Of a stretch of 64,000 nucleotides of DNA, positions 24,998-35,445 are shown in pieces. A program made the translations under genes and the position numbers. The DNA is from an uncultured Chloroflexia bacterium (GTDB taxonomy: Bacteria; Chloroflexota; Limnocylindria; Limnocylindrales; CSP1-4). Location: assembly GCA_963703575.1 (NCBI GenBank), contig CAVPEU010000008.1, positions 193,880-257,879 of the forward strand, read 5' to 3'. Positions within the stretch are counted from its first letter, which is position 1. Each line of letters starts with the position of its first letter. The notes below the pieces were generated by a model. That model did not search any database. It had not been told where the DNA came from and worked only from the letters and a program-made list of their open reading frames with translations.

Positions 24998-26158
24998 TCA
25001 GGCGGACGGCGTTCCGAAGCGGCCGGGATCGAGCTCGGCCGCGATCTCCGGTCCACGTCCCAGCACCAGGTCCGCGATCAGCCGCGCCGACGCCGGGCCG
25101 GTGGAGATGCCCCACGGCCCGTGCCCCGCGCACACGAACAGGTTGCGCCGGCCGGGGACGGCCCCGATCAACGGCCGCCCGTCCGCGCTCTGGGGCCGGG
25201 CGCAGGCGCGGACCCCGCGGATCGGCGCCTCGGCGATACCCGGCACGAAGCGGCTCGCGCGCACCAGGATCCGTTCCATCCAGGCCGCCGGGTCCGGCTC
25301 ACGCGGCAGGAACGTGGACCCGACGGCCGCCGCGCCCGGCAGGGGAACGAGGCTGGACTCGACCTCGTCGGGCTCGCCGGCATCGGTGTCGCCGCCCGGC
25401 GTGGGCTCGCCGCCGGCGTCGAGCACGGCCTCGATCCCTGCCTCCTCCAGGGCGTGGCGCGGTGGCGCCGCCAGCTCGGCCTCCACCACGACCCCCCAGC
25501 GCGGGGCGATCGGCGCCCACAGCCCCGAGGGATCGAGCAGCGCCGGGGTCCAGGGGCCGGCGGCAACCACGACGGCGCCGGCCGGGATCACCTGGCCGTT
25601 CACGCGCACGCCGACCACCGCGTCGCCCTCGACCTCGAGCGTCGCCCCATGCCCCAGGCGGATCACCGCGCCCCGCGACTCGGCCAGCGTGGCGTACGCG
25701 TAGGTGGAGGCGCCGGGCATCACCGGATAGCCGATGTCGACGCGGCAGGCCCACAGGTCCTCGCCGACCGCCGGTTCCAGCCGCCGCAGCGCCTCGCCAC
25801 CGACCACGTCGAGTGCCAGCTCCGGGAAGGGACCCTCGATCAGCGTCCTCTGGCGTCGCGCCGCCGCCTCCGAGGTCGAGATGTAGAGCATCCCGACCGG
25901 ATGCTCCGCGAACGGGAAGGCGTTCGAGATCGTCGCCAGCTCGCGGTACAGGCCGACGGTCTCGCGATAGAGGGCGGCCAGCACGGGGTCGAACGGATGC
26001 TGCACGACGCCCGAGTTGGCGCCCGACGCCCCCGACGCCAGGCCCTCTCGCTCGACCAGCACGACACGCGCCCCCGCCGCGCCCAGGAAGGCGGCCGTCG
26101 CGGTGCCCACGATCCCGCCGCCGACCACCACCACGTCCGGTGCCGCGCCCGTCCGCAT
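24998..26158 (-). CDS. FAD-dependent oxidoreductase (DAO family; glycine/D-amino-acid oxidase-like)
   Basis: N-terminal Rossmann motif (DVVVVGGGIVGTATAAFLGAAGARVVLVERE) and C-terminal CAGHGPWGIS. Start taken at MRTGAAPD; divergent from selA. Confidence 0.65.
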   Translation of the reverse strand: MRTGAAPDVVVVGGGIVGTATAAFLGAAGARVVLVEREGLASGASGANSGVVQHPFDPVLAALYRETVGLYRELATISNAFPFAEHPVGMLYISTSEAAARRQRTLIEGPFPELALDVVGGEALRRLEPAVGEDLWACRVDIGYPVMPGASTYAYATLAESRGAVIRLGHGATLEVEGDAVVGVRVNGQVIPAGAVVVAAGPWTPALLDPSGLWAPIAPRWGVVVEAELAAPPRHALEEAGIEAVLDAGGEPTPGGDTDAGEPDEVESSLVPLPGAAAVGSTFLPREPDPAAWMERILVRASRFVPGIAEAPIRGVRACARPQSADGRPLIGAVPGRRNLFVCAGHGPWGISTGPASARLIADLVLGRGPEIAAELDPGRFGTPSA

Positions 26159-26220
26159 CGCGCCTCCTCCAACCAACGCCCGGGCCATCGTAGTCTCGCC
26201 GGGCCTGCGATGATCGCGCG

Positions 26221-27657
26221 GTGAGCGTCGCCCATCGGCCCAGCCATAGCCCGGGCCACCCGCCCGGCCACCCGCCCGGCCACCCGCCCAGCCATCCGCC
26301 CAGCGTCGAACGGCTGCTTGGGCTCGTCCGCGAGCAGGTCGAGCCATCCGAGCCCGCGGCCCTGACCGCGCTTGCCCGGGCGGTGCTCGACGAGGAGCGC
26401 CGGCGGCTGGCCGCCGGCGCGCCGCCGACCCCGGAGCCCGAGCTGGCCGACGCGCTCCTGGCGCGCCTCGCCGATCTCGACGATCCACGGTCCACGATTC
26501 CGCCCCGCGTGATCAACGCGACGGGCGTGATCCTGCACACGAACCTCGGCCGCGCGCCCTGGCCGCGGGCGGCCCGCACCGCCGCGACGCTGGCCGCCGG
26601 CTCCTACGGCTACCTGGAGCTGGACGAGGCGACCGGCCGCCGGGGCGCCAGGTTCCGGGTCGCCGAGGAGCACCTGGTCGCCTTGACCGGCGCCGGGGAC
26701 GCGATGGTCGTCACCAACAACGCGGCCGCGCTGCTGCTCGCCGTGGGGCTCGCCGGGCGACGGGGGTCGGTCGTCGTGTCGCGCGGCGAGCTGGTCGAGA
26801 TCGGCGGCGGGGTGCGGATCCCGGAGGTCGTGGCGCGGGCCGGCGCGCGGCTGGTCGAGGTCGGCACGACGAACCGGACGCGCGCCGCGGACTTCGAGCC
26901 GCCGCTCGCCGACGGCCGGGCACGGGCGGTGCTGCGGGTACATCCGTCCAACTTCTCCATGCAGGGCTTCACCGAGACGGCGGACCTCGCGGAGGTCGCC
27001 GCGATCGCCCACCGCCACGGCGCGCTCGTGATCGACGACCTGGGCTCCGGGGCGCTGCTGGACACGGCGACATTCGGCCTCGTCCACGAGCCGATGCCGG
27101 CGGAGCGTCTCGCCGCCGGCGCGGACGCCGTCCTGTTCAGCGGCGACAAGCTCGTCGGCGGGCCGCAGGCGGGGCTGATCGTCGGTCGCGCCGACCTGGT
27201 GGCGAAGCTCCGGCGGGACCCGCTGGCCCGGGCGATCCGCCCGGACAAGGCGATCCTCGCCGGGGTTGCCGCCACGCTCGCGATCTACCGAGCCGGGCGG
27301 GCGGCGAGCGACATCCCCGTGTGGCGGCTGATCGCCCGGGAGCCGGAGGAGCTCCGGGAGCGTGCCGAGTGGATCCGGGGGCTGGCGGCCGCGGCCGGAC
27401 GGGCGGACGTCACGGTGGTGGAGCTCGAGTCGCCGGTCGGGGGCGGCTCACTGCCCGGCCAGACGCTGAGGTCCTTCGGCGTCTCCGTGCCGGCCGCCTC
27501 GCCCACGCGCGCGCTCGCCATCCTGCGCCGGGGCCCGGACCGGATCCTGGCCCGGATCGTGGATGATGCGATCGCGTTCGACCTGAGAACTGTCGAACCG
27601 TTCGAGGACGGTACGATCGCCCGGCGGATCGCGGACGTGCCGCCGCCCCGGCGATGA
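26221..27657 (+). CDS. selA: L-seryl-tRNA(Sec) selenium transferase SelA
   Basis: VINATGVILHTNLGRAP motif and the PLP-lysine region FSGDKLVGGPQAG; about 470 aa. Confidence 0.85.
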   Translation: MSVAHRPSHSPGHPPGHPPGHPPSHPPSVERLLGLVREQVEPSEPAALTALARAVLDEERRRLAAGAPPTPEPELADALLARLADLDDPRSTIPPRVINATGVILHTNLGRAPWPRAARTAATLAAGSYGYLELDEATGRRGARFRVAEEHLVALTGAGDAMVVTNNAAALLLAVGLAGRRGSVVVSRGELVEIGGGVRIPEVVARAGARLVEVGTTNRTRAADFEPPLADGRARAVLRVHPSNFSMQGFTETADLAEVAAIAHRHGALVIDDLGSGALLDTATFGLVHEPMPAERLAAGADAVLFSGDKLVGGPQAGLIVGRADLVAKLRRDPLARAIRPDKAILAGVAATLAIYRAGRAASDIPVWRLIAREPEELRERAEWIRGLAAAAGRADVTVVELESPVGGGSLPGQTLRSFGVSVPAASPTRALAILRRGPDRILARIVDDAIAFDLRTVEPFEDGTIARRIADVPPPRR

Positions 27658-29609
27658 GCGGCCCGATGAGTGGTCCCCTGAGCAGCCCGATGGGCGACCC
27701 GATGAGCGGTCCCGTGGGGTCGTCGCCGGCCAGCGTCGTCGTGGGCACGGCCGGGCACATCGACCACGGCAAGACAGCGCTCCTGCGCGCCCTCACCGGC
27801 ATCGACGCGGACCGGCTGCCGGAGGAGCGGCGCCGCGGCATCACGGTCGACGTGGGGTACGCCCACCTCGCGCTCCCGGACGGGTCGGTCGTGGATTTCG
27901 TGGACGTGCCGGGCCACGACCGGCTGGTGGGGAACATGCTCGTGGGCGCCGGCGAGATCGACGCCGCGATGCTCGTCGTGGCGGCGGACGACGGGCCGAA
28001 CGCCCAGACCCTGGAGCACCTGGAGCTGCTGGATGCACTGGGGATCCGCGACGGGCTGGCCGTGGTGACGAAGGCCGACCTGGCGCCGGACGACGGGCGC
28101 CGCGCGGAGCTGGTGGCGGAGGTTCGCGCGCTGCTGGACCGGACCGCCCTCGCCGGCGCGCCGGTGCTGGTGGCGTCGGCGGTGACGGGCGAAGGGGTCG
28201 AAGCCGTGCGGGCGACGATCGGGGAGGTGGCGCGGGACGTGGCGGCACGGTTGCCTGCCGGCGGTCCGCCGCGGCTCGCGATCGACCGCGTGTTCGCGGT
28301 CCGGGGCCGCGGGACGGTGGTCACCGGCAGCCTGCGGGGCGGACAGGTGACGGCCGGCATGACGCTCCGGCTGGTGCCCGACGATCACGGGGTCCGCGTG
28401 CGCGAGGTGCAGGTCCGCGGGGCGACCGTGAGCGACGCCCACGGCGGACGGACGGCGCTGCTGCTGGGCGGGATCGAAGCGGATGTCCTGCGGCGGGGCC
28501 AGGTCCTGACGGCGGACCCCGTGGTCGCCGCGACGTCCCGGGTGCTGGTCGCGGTCCGGCCGGTGGCCGCGCTGGAACCCGGCCGCCCGTCGCCGCCCGC
28601 GCCCGCCGATCGCGAGCGGCTGCGGCTCCATGCCGGTACCGCGCAGGCCGAGGCGCTCGTGGTGCGCGGGCCGCGCGAGGCGATCGAGCTGGCCGATGGG
28701 TCGTCTGTCGCGCTGCTCCGCCTGGACCAGGCGATCGCCGTGGCGCCCGGCGACGCGTTCGCCCTGCGCCGTCCGTCGCCGGGCTCCACGGCCGGCGGCG
28801 GCGTCATCCTCGATCCGGACCCGCCCCGCGGCGTCTCCCGGCGACGCCTGAGCCCGTCCCGGGCGATGGCCCTCGCGGCATCGCCGGTGGGTGGCGCGCC
28901 AGCGAGGCTGGACCTCCACGGCGCGTTGCGCGGACCCGCTGGCTGGGCGCTGGCCGCGGACGTCGCCGACGCGCTGGAGTCCCGCGCCCGCGACCTCGTC
29001 ACCGCCCACCACGACGCCGAGCCCGCGTCGCCGGGCATGCCGGCGCCCGCGTTGCGGCAGGACCTCGCGCTCGCGGCCCGTCGCCTGGTGACGCTCGGTC
29101 GGGCGGCCGCCGACGAGGTGGCGCGAGGCGTCGTGGACGCGCTCGTGGCCCGCGGCGCGCTCGCCCGGGACGGCGATCGGCTGCGGGATGCGGCGCGCGC
29201 GCCGGGGTTGCCCCGGGACACGCTCGCCGCGATGGACCGCCTGGAGCAGGCGCTCGCGGTCGCGGCGCCGCCGGGTCTCGCGAACGCCGCACGAGCGGCG
29301 GGGTGCCCGCCCGAGGGGATCCGCGCCCTGGAGGCTGCCGGCCGGATCGTCCGGCTGGAGGACGACCTCGCCTGGGCGGCGACGACGTATCGGGACCTCG
29401 TGACGCGTGCTCTCGCGATGGCCGCCACCGGGCCCCTCTCGCCGGCCGCGTTCCGCGATGCGACCGGCAGCAGCCGCCGCTACGTGCTCGTGATCCTCGA
29501 GGACCTGGACCGGCGAGGGCTGTTGCGGCGCACGGACGCGGGCCACGTCCTCGGCCCCACGACGCTGGCCCGGACGCGCGAGCGGGCGGCCACGGCGGCC
29601 TCCGAGTGA
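27654..29609 (+). CDS. selB: Selenocysteine-specific elongation factor SelB
   Basis: GTPase motifs (GHIDHGKT, DVPGH, TKAD) followed by a long winged-helix C-terminal extension. Start overlaps the selA stop (ATGA). Confidence 0.85.
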   Translation: MSGPMSGPLSSPMGDPMSGPVGSSPASVVVGTAGHIDHGKTALLRALTGIDADRLPEERRRGITVDVGYAHLALPDGSVVDFVDVPGHDRLVGNMLVGAGEIDAAMLVVAADDGPNAQTLEHLELLDALGIRDGLAVVTKADLAPDDGRRAELVAEVRALLDRTALAGAPVLVASAVTGEGVEAVRATIGEVARDVAARLPAGGPPRLAIDRVFAVRGRGTVVTGSLRGGQVTAGMTLRLVPDDHGVRVREVQVRGATVSDAHGGRTALLLGGIEADVLRRGQVLTADPVVAATSRVLVAVRPVAALEPGRPSPPAPADRERLRLHAGTAQAEALVVRGPREAIELADGSSVALLRLDQAIAVAPGDAFALRRPSPGSTAGGGVILDPDPPRGVSRRRLSPSRAMALAASPVGGAPARLDLHGALRGPAGWALAADVADALESRARDLVTAHHDAEPASPGMPAPALRQDLALAARRLVTLGRAAADEVARGVVDALVARGALARDGDRLRDAARAPGLPRDTLAAMDRLEQALAVAAPPGLANAARAAGCPPEGIRALEAAGRIVRLEDDLAWAATTYRDLVTRALAMAATGPLSPAAFRDATGSSRRYVLVILEDLDRRGLLRRTDAGHVLGPTTLARTRERAATAASE

Positions 29610-30283
29610 ACCGCCCGCCCGACGTCACGGCAATCGTGCTGGCGGGTGGTGCCTCGTCCCGCTTCGGCGGCGACAAGCTGGCCATCGACCTCGGCGGCCG
29701 GCCGCTGCTGCACCACGCGCTCGAGGCCGTCGCCCTGGTCGCCGACCGCATCGTCGTCGTCATCGCTCCCGGGGCCCCCGAGCCGGCGGCTCCGCCATCG
29801 CTGGTATCGCGCATCGCGATCGCCCATGACGCGGCGGCCTACGGGGGCCCGCTCGCGGGCCTGGCCGCGGGCCTGGCAGCCGTGGGTCTGGCGGCCGTGG
29901 GCCCCGCCGTCCGCGATGACCATCCGCGCATCGTGCTCGTCGTCGGGGGCGACATGCCCGGTCTCGTGCCGGCGGTGCTCCGGCTCCTCCTTGACCGCCT
30001 GGGCGCGGAGGATGGGCTCGCCGCGATGACCCTCGACGCATCGCCGCCGTCGCCGCTGCCGCTGGCGATCCGGCCAGGTGCCGCGCGGGACGGGCTCGCG
30101 GCCTGCCTGGCGAGCGGCCGGCGCAGTCTCCGCTCGCTCCTCGAGGCCGTTCCCTCGGCGATGGTTCCCGCCGCCGACTGGCGGGCCATCGATCCCTCGG
30201 CCGCCACCCTGCGGGACATCGACACGCGGGGCGATCTCGATACCCGGGGCGATCTCGACACCGGCGATCTCGACCGTCGTTGA
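29606..30283 (+). CDS. mobA: Molybdenum cofactor guanylyltransferase MobA
   Basis: AIVLAGGASSRFGGDKL motif. GTG start overlaps the selB stop (GTGA). Bis-MGD cofactor is required by formate dehydrogenase. Confidence 0.75.
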   Translation: MNRPPDVTAIVLAGGASSRFGGDKLAIDLGGRPLLHHALEAVALVADRIVVVIAPGAPEPAAPPSLVSRIAIAHDAAAYGGPLAGLAAGLAAVGLAAVGPAVRDDHPRIVLVVGGDMPGLVPAVLRLLLDRLGAEDGLAAMTLDASPPSPLPLAIRPGAARDGLAACLASGRRSLRSLLEAVPSAMVPAADWRAIDPSAATLRDIDTRGDLDTRGDLDTGDLDRR

Positions 30284-30543
30284 CGGGGCGTCACGCCGGC
30301 AGGTATGCCGGGGAAGCCGTGCAGCGGATGACCGTGCTCGAAGGCGCGGGACTGGAGGTGGCCGACCGCGGTGCGGCCGGCATCCGCATGGCGATGTCGT
30401 TGGCCGCCCGCCATCGACTGTCGGTGTACGACGCCACCTACCTGTGGCTGGCCATCGATACCGACGGGGAGCTCGCGACGATGGACAAGGCGCTGGTTCG
30501 GGCCGCCGGTGCTGAGGGCGTGCCGCTCGCGCTCGAGCCGTAG
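30280..30543 (+). pseudogene. Possible C-terminal fragment of a PIN-domain (VapC-like) protein
   Basis: LSVYDATYLWLAIDTDGELATMDKAL resembles the last helix/strand region of VapC toxins. No N-terminal half and no partner antitoxin. Confidence 0.3.
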
Positions 30544-30655
30544 GGCGGCAGCCGCCAGGACGCCCGGTTCCTGGGAGGCAGCCGGGAGCTTCGCCGGCCG
30601 GGGACGCCTCCGGAGCCCCTTCGCCTGGCCGGCGATCTCCGGGGCCGGCTGACCG

Positions 30656-32341
30656 CTACCCGCCGAGCGCGGGCGCCTCGTACACGGCGTCGCCCCCGAC
30701 GAAGGTCGCCAGCACGCGCGTCTCGCCGATCGGGCCGGCGCCGATGTCGAACAGGTCGCGGTCCAGGATCGCGAGGTCGGCGAGGCGGCCGACCGCCAGC
30801 GTCCCCGTCTCGTCGAGGTGGTTGGCGTACGCGGAACCGGCCGTGAACGCGGTCAGCGCGTCCACCAGCTCCAGGCGCTCCTCCGGCAGGAACGGTGGCT
30901 GCTCGCCGCGCGCCTCGTCGCTGATCCGGGTGACCGCCACCTCCACCTGGAGGAGCGGGTCCGGCGTGGAGACGCCCCAGTCGGAGCCCATGACGAGCGT
31001 CGCCCCGTGGCGGCGGAGCGAGCGCCAGGGGTACTGGCGGCGGGCGACCTCGGGTCCCAGGACGGGCAGCGTGAGCTCGTCCATCTGCGGCTCGTGGACG
31101 GCCCAGTAGGCCTGGACGTTGGCGAGGGTGCCGAGGCGCCGGAACCGCGGCAGGTCGTCGGGGTGGACGACCTGGAGGTGGGCAAGGTGGGGCCGCGTGT
31201 CGGACCAGCCGTTGGCACGCCGCGCGGCCTCGACCGCGTCCAGCGCCTCCCGGACCGCCCGGTCGCCGAGGGCGTGGAAGTGCGGCTGGAACCCGAGGGC
31301 ATCGATGCGGACGACGGCCTGCTCGAGGGTCTCGGGGTCGATGAAGCTGAGGCCGGCGTTGCCGGTGACCAGGCCGTGGGCGTCGAAGTAGGGCTGCAGC
31401 ATGGCGGCCGTGTGGTTCTCGACGATCCCGTCCACCATGAGCTTGACGCTGGTGGCGGCGTAGCGGCCCACGTGCCCGGCCGCCCGGCGCTCCACCAGCT
31501 CCTCGATCTGCTCGAGACCGCGCGTCCGGTCCCACCACAGGGCGCCCACGACCCGCGCCGTGAGCTCGCCCGAGCCGGCGAGGGCGAGATAGGCGGCCTG
31601 GTCCGCATCCGTGATCCAGGCGTCCTGCCACGCCGTGATGCCCAGCGAGTGCAGGTAGCGCTGGCTCGCGAGCAGGGCCTCGCGCATCTCGGCGGCCGTC
31701 GCCGGCGGGACGTGCCGCTCGACGAGGTCCATCGCGCCCTCGTGCAGCGTCCCCAGGGGCGTGCCGTCCGGGTCGCGGGCGATCCGCCCGTCCTCGGGGT
31801 CCGGGGTGTCCTTCGAGATGCCGGCGAGCTCGAGCGCCCGGCTGTTGACCCACGCGTCGTGGACGTCGCGGTTGGGGAGGAACACCGGCCGGTCCGGGAC
31901 GATGCGGTCAAGGTCCTCGCGCCTCGGCAGGCCACCCGGGAAGTCCGCCAGCGACCAGCCGCCGCCGAGGATCCACTCGACCTCGGGGTGCGCGCGGGCA
32001 TAGGCCGCCACGATGCCCAGGTAGGCGTCCAGCCCGCGGGCGCCGTGGAGCTCGCACCGGATCCGGGCCAGCCCCGCGTGGGTGGGGTGCACGTGGGCGT
32101 CCTGGAAGCCGGGCGTGACGGTGCGGCCCGCGAGCTCGATCACGCGCGTCCGCGGCCCGATCCGCCGCCTGACGTCCCGGTCGCCGCCGACCGCGACGAT
32201 CCTCTCGCCCGCGACCGCCAGGGCCTCGGCCCAGGTCTTCGCGGGGTCGGCCGTGAAGATTCGTCCCCCGGTCAGGACGAGGTCGGCGTGCTCGGCGTGC
32301 TCGGCGTGCTCGGCGTGCTCGGCGTGCTCGGCGTCGGTCAT
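30656..32341 (-). CDS. Amidohydrolase-family metal-dependent hydrolase (YtcJ-like)
   Basis: Metal-ligand motifs (TPGFQDAHVHP, HFHALGDRAVREA). N-terminus carries (AEH)x4, encoded by a 9-bp x 5 tandem repeat at about 32281..32330. Confidence 0.7.
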   Translation of the reverse strand: MTDAEHAEHAEHAEHAEHADLVLTGGRIFTADPAKTWAEALAVAGERIVAVGGDRDVRRRIGPRTRVIELAGRTVTPGFQDAHVHPTHAGLARIRCELHGARGLDAYLGIVAAYARAHPEVEWILGGGWSLADFPGGLPRREDLDRIVPDRPVFLPNRDVHDAWVNSRALELAGISKDTPDPEDGRIARDPDGTPLGTLHEGAMDLVERHVPPATAAEMREALLASQRYLHSLGITAWQDAWITDADQAAYLALAGSGELTARVVGALWWDRTRGLEQIEELVERRAAGHVGRYAATSVKLMVDGIVENHTAAMLQPYFDAHGLVTGNAGLSFIDPETLEQAVVRIDALGFQPHFHALGDRAVREALDAVEAARRANGWSDTRPHLAHLQVVHPDDLPRFRRLGTLANVQAYWAVHEPQMDELTLPVLGPEVARRQYPWRSLRRHGATLVMGSDWGVSTPDPLLQVEVAVTRISDEARGEQPPFLPEERLELVDALTAFTAGSAYANHLDETGTLAVGRLADLAILDRDLFDIGAGPIGETRVLATFVGGDAVYEAPALGG

Positions 32342-32386
32342 GGCGGGAGGATGCCACCGCGGTCACCGGGCCGCTACCCTGCGCGC

Positions 32387-32935
32387 ATGACGACCGTGCA
32401 CCTGCTCCACGCCGGCTACGCGGGCGACCACGTGGGCTCGTCCGTCGTCCTCGTCCGTGACGCGGACGCCCTGATCGTGGTGGACCCCGGGATGGTCGCG
32501 CGACGCTCGCTGATCCTGGACCCGATTCGCGACCTCGGCCTGGCGCCGGAGGCCGTGACCCACGTGTTCCTCAGCCACCACCACCCGGACCACACCGTCA
32601 ACATCGCCCTGTTCCCGAACGCCGAGGTCGTGGACTTCCGGGCCCGGTACAGGGACGACCTGTGGCTGGATCACGATGGCGACGGCTACCACCTCTCGCC
32701 CGGGGCGGAGCTGTGGCTCACGCCCGGGCACACCGAGGAGGACGCGACGCTCGTCGTCGAGGCCGACGACGCCGTCTACGCGATGACCCACCTGTGGTGG
32801 CGCGAGGACCGCACCCCCGAGAAGGATCCGCTCGCGTGGGACCAGTCCGCGATCGAGCGGAACCGCGCCCGGGTGCTGGGGGCCGTGGACATCGTGATCC
32901 CGGGGCACGGCGGCGCGTTCCGCGTGACCCGCTGA
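32387..32935 (+). CDS. MBL-fold metallo-hydrolase
   Basis: HHHPDH motif plus downstream His/Asp ligands; 182 aa. Confidence 0.7.
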   Translation: MTTVHLLHAGYAGDHVGSSVVLVRDADALIVVDPGMVARRSLILDPIRDLGLAPEAVTHVFLSHHHPDHTVNIALFPNAEVVDFRARYRDDLWLDHDGDGYHLSPGAELWLTPGHTEEDATLVVEADDAVYAMTHLWWREDRTPEKDPLAWDQSAIERNRARVLGAVDIVIPGHGGAFRVTR

Positions 32936-33025
32936 GTCAGCCGGTCGAGCACATCCGCACCCCAGCGGGCCATCGGGCCGGCGATCCGGTCGCAGGTCCC
33001 GGCGTCCCGGTCGCGCGAGCGGTCG

Positions 33026-34618
33026 TCAGGCAACGTCCGCCCCGGCCGCCTCGCTCGCGTCGGGCCGTTCCCGGAGCCCGACCCAGTTGGTCGCCGCACC
33101 GGCCGCGAACAGGGCGGCGCACACCATCGCGGCCAGGTGCAGGGCCGAGGTCGATGCCTCGCGGGCGGCGTCCACGATCTCGGCCGGCGTCCCGGGCCTG
33201 GGCGGGTTCAGCGGCTGGACCATCGCCCGGATATCGGCGCCGTTCGGGTCCAGCCCCGGGACGGCCCCCGCCAGCGCCGCGTAGAAGGAGCCGCTGACGA
33301 CCACGAAGATCAGGGCCGACAGGATCGGCTGCCCGATCCGGCTGACGGCGTTGTTGATCGCGGATGCGACGCCCGCGTTGCGGACCGGCACCGACGACAT
33401 GAGCGTGGACGTCAGGGGCGCCACCACCAGCGACAGCCCCACGCCGAGCAGCAGCACGAACGGCAGCACGTCGACCAGGACGGCCGCCGGTGGCATGAAC
33501 GTGGCGGAGTCGGCGGGTGCCAGCCGCCACGGCTCGGACGAGGCGGGGATCCGGGCCAGCCACACGAGCCCGGCCGCCATCAGCAGCGGCCCCACCACCA
33601 GGAACGACCTCGCTCCATGCCGGCCGGCCAGCGCCCCGACGCGGGCGGACAGGACGGTGAGCAGGATCCCCGTCGGCAGGCTGACCAGGGCCGCCGCGGT
33701 GGCCGAGTACCCCAGCACGCCCTGGAGGAACAGGGCCTGGAACGTGGAGGTGGTGTACAGGGCGCCGTAGATCAGCAGCGTGGACAGGTTGATCGTCGAG
33801 AAGCGCCGGCGCCGGAACAGCTCCAGCGGCACCAGCGGGTTCCGGCGCCGGGCCATGAGCAGCGGGAAGGCGACCAGCGCGATCACACCGGCGCCGAGTG
33901 CAGCCCACGCCAGCGGATCCTCCCAGCGCCGGTCCTGGCCCCGGATGGTGCCGAACGCGAGCCCGCCGACGGCGACCACGGCCACACCGGCGCCCAGCCA
34001 GTCGAAGCGGCCGCTCGCGCCCTCGGCTCGCGTCTCCGGCATGTAGCGCACGGTCGCGTACAGCGCGACCACGACCAGTGGGACGTTGATCAGGAACGCC
34101 GCCCGCCAGCTGACCGCGTCGACCAGCAGCCCGCCGATGACGGGCCCGATGAGCGTCGTCGCCGACGTGGCCGCGGCCCAGATGCCGAAGGCGCGGGCGC
34201 GGGCAGGTCCGTCGAACAGGGCGGTCAGGATCGCCAGCGAGCCGGGGACGAGGAGCGCGCCGGCGGCCCCCTGGAGGATCCGGGCCACGACCAGCAGCTC
34301 GAGCGTGGGGGCAATGCCGCACAGTACGGACGTCGCCCCGAAGCCGACCAGCCCGATCGTGAACACCCGCCGCCGGCCGTGGTAGTCGGCGAGCGCGCCC
34401 GCGAGCACGAGCAGGGCGGCCAGCGTGGCCAGGTAGCCGCTGACGGCGTAGGTCTGTCCCTCGAGCGTGGACACGAGGGTGGCCGGCAGCGTCGTGCCGA
34501 TCTTCGGCAGCGCGAGGTTCACGACCGTGCCGTCGAGGAACACCATCGACGATCCGAGGATGGCCGCCAGCATGGTCCAGCGCGTGGATGAGGTCACGGG
34601 ATCTCGGGGGGCAGACAT
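33026..34618 (-). CDS. MFS transporter, 14-TM DHA2 (EmrB/QacA-like) type
   Basis: About 14 predicted TM helices with MFS loop motifs; 530 aa. Confidence 0.8.
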   Translation of the reverse strand: MSAPRDPVTSSTRWTMLAAILGSSMVFLDGTVVNLALPKIGTTLPATLVSTLEGQTYAVSGYLATLAALLVLAGALADYHGRRRVFTIGLVGFGATSVLCGIAPTLELLVVARILQGAAGALLVPGSLAILTALFDGPARARAFGIWAAATSATTLIGPVIGGLLVDAVSWRAAFLINVPLVVVALYATVRYMPETRAEGASGRFDWLGAGVAVVAVGGLAFGTIRGQDRRWEDPLAWAALGAGVIALVAFPLLMARRRNPLVPLELFRRRRFSTINLSTLLIYGALYTTSTFQALFLQGVLGYSATAAALVSLPTGILLTVLSARVGALAGRHGARSFLVVGPLLMAAGLVWLARIPASSEPWRLAPADSATFMPPAAVLVDVLPFVLLLGVGLSLVVAPLTSTLMSSVPVRNAGVASAINNAVSRIGQPILSALIFVVVSGSFYAALAGAVPGLDPNGADIRAMVQPLNPPRPGTPAEIVDAAREASTSALHLAAMVCAALFAAGAATNWVGLRERPDASEAAGADVA

Positions 34619-34722
34619 GTGCGGGCGAGTGTCTCAGGCCGGCGCGCGACCGTCCAGCGGTGGCGAGGCCGTGTCCGGTCACGGGTCGTCCAATTCCGGA
34701 GACGTGCTCTAGACTGCGGCCG

Positions 34723-35445
34723 ATGTCCGGACCCGTGGCGCTGGTTGGCGCCGGTGAGTTCCTCGCCCCGATGGTCGAGCTGGATCGCAGCCTGCTCGAG
34801 GCGACCGGGCGCACCCGCCCGCGGGTGGTGATCCTGCCGACGGCGTCCGCGCCAGACGGCGAGGCGACATTCCGCACCTGGGCGGAGATGGGCGTCCAGC
34901 ACTTCGCGGCGCTGGGTGCCGAGGTGGAGCCCGTCATGGTGCGGACCGCCGCGGAGGGTCGGGACGGGGCGGCCCTCCAGGCGATCGGCGAGGCGGACGT
35001 CATCTACCTTTCGGGCGGGCATCCGCGCCACCTGCTGCGGGTCCTGCAGGAGTCACCGCTGGGTGCCGCGATCCGGGCGGCCAACGCCCGCGGCGCCGTC
35101 GTGGCGGGATGCTCGGCGGGCGCGATGGCGATCGTCGGGCGGTCGATGGACTTCCGGTTCGTCCCGAAGCTGCGACTGCCCCTGCCGTTCCTGGTGCGCT
35201 GGCCGGCGGCCCTGGCGCTGGTGGACGGCGTTGCCGTCCTGCCGCACTACGATGCCTGGCCGGAGCCATTCTCCGCATTGGTCGCGCTCCAGGCGCCACG
35301 CGGCGGCGTGGTCCTGGGCATCGACGAGGATACGGCGGCGGTGGGTCGCAACGGCACGTGGCAGGTGCACGGCCGGGGCCGCGTCACGGTCTGGAGGGGA
35401 CGCCACCGCGAACGGTTCCGTCGCGGGGATGCGTTCCGGCTGTGA
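34723..35445 (+). CDS. Peptidase S51-family protein (cyanophycinase / dipeptidase E-like class I amidotransferase fold)
   Basis: VALVGAGEF...VVILPTASA...VIYLSGGHPRHLL...AGCSAGAM. Start taken at the internal MSGPVAL. Confidence 0.6.
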   Translation: MSGPVALVGAGEFLAPMVELDRSLLEATGRTRPRVVILPTASAPDGEATFRTWAEMGVQHFAALGAEVEPVMVRTAAEGRDGAALQAIGEADVIYLSGGHPRHLLRVLQESPLGAAIRAANARGAVVAGCSAGAMAIVGRSMDFRFVPKLRLPLPFLVRWPAALALVDGVAVLPHYDAWPEPFSALVALQAPRGGVVLGIDEDTAAVGRNGTWQVHGRGRVTVWRGRHRERFRRGDAFRL

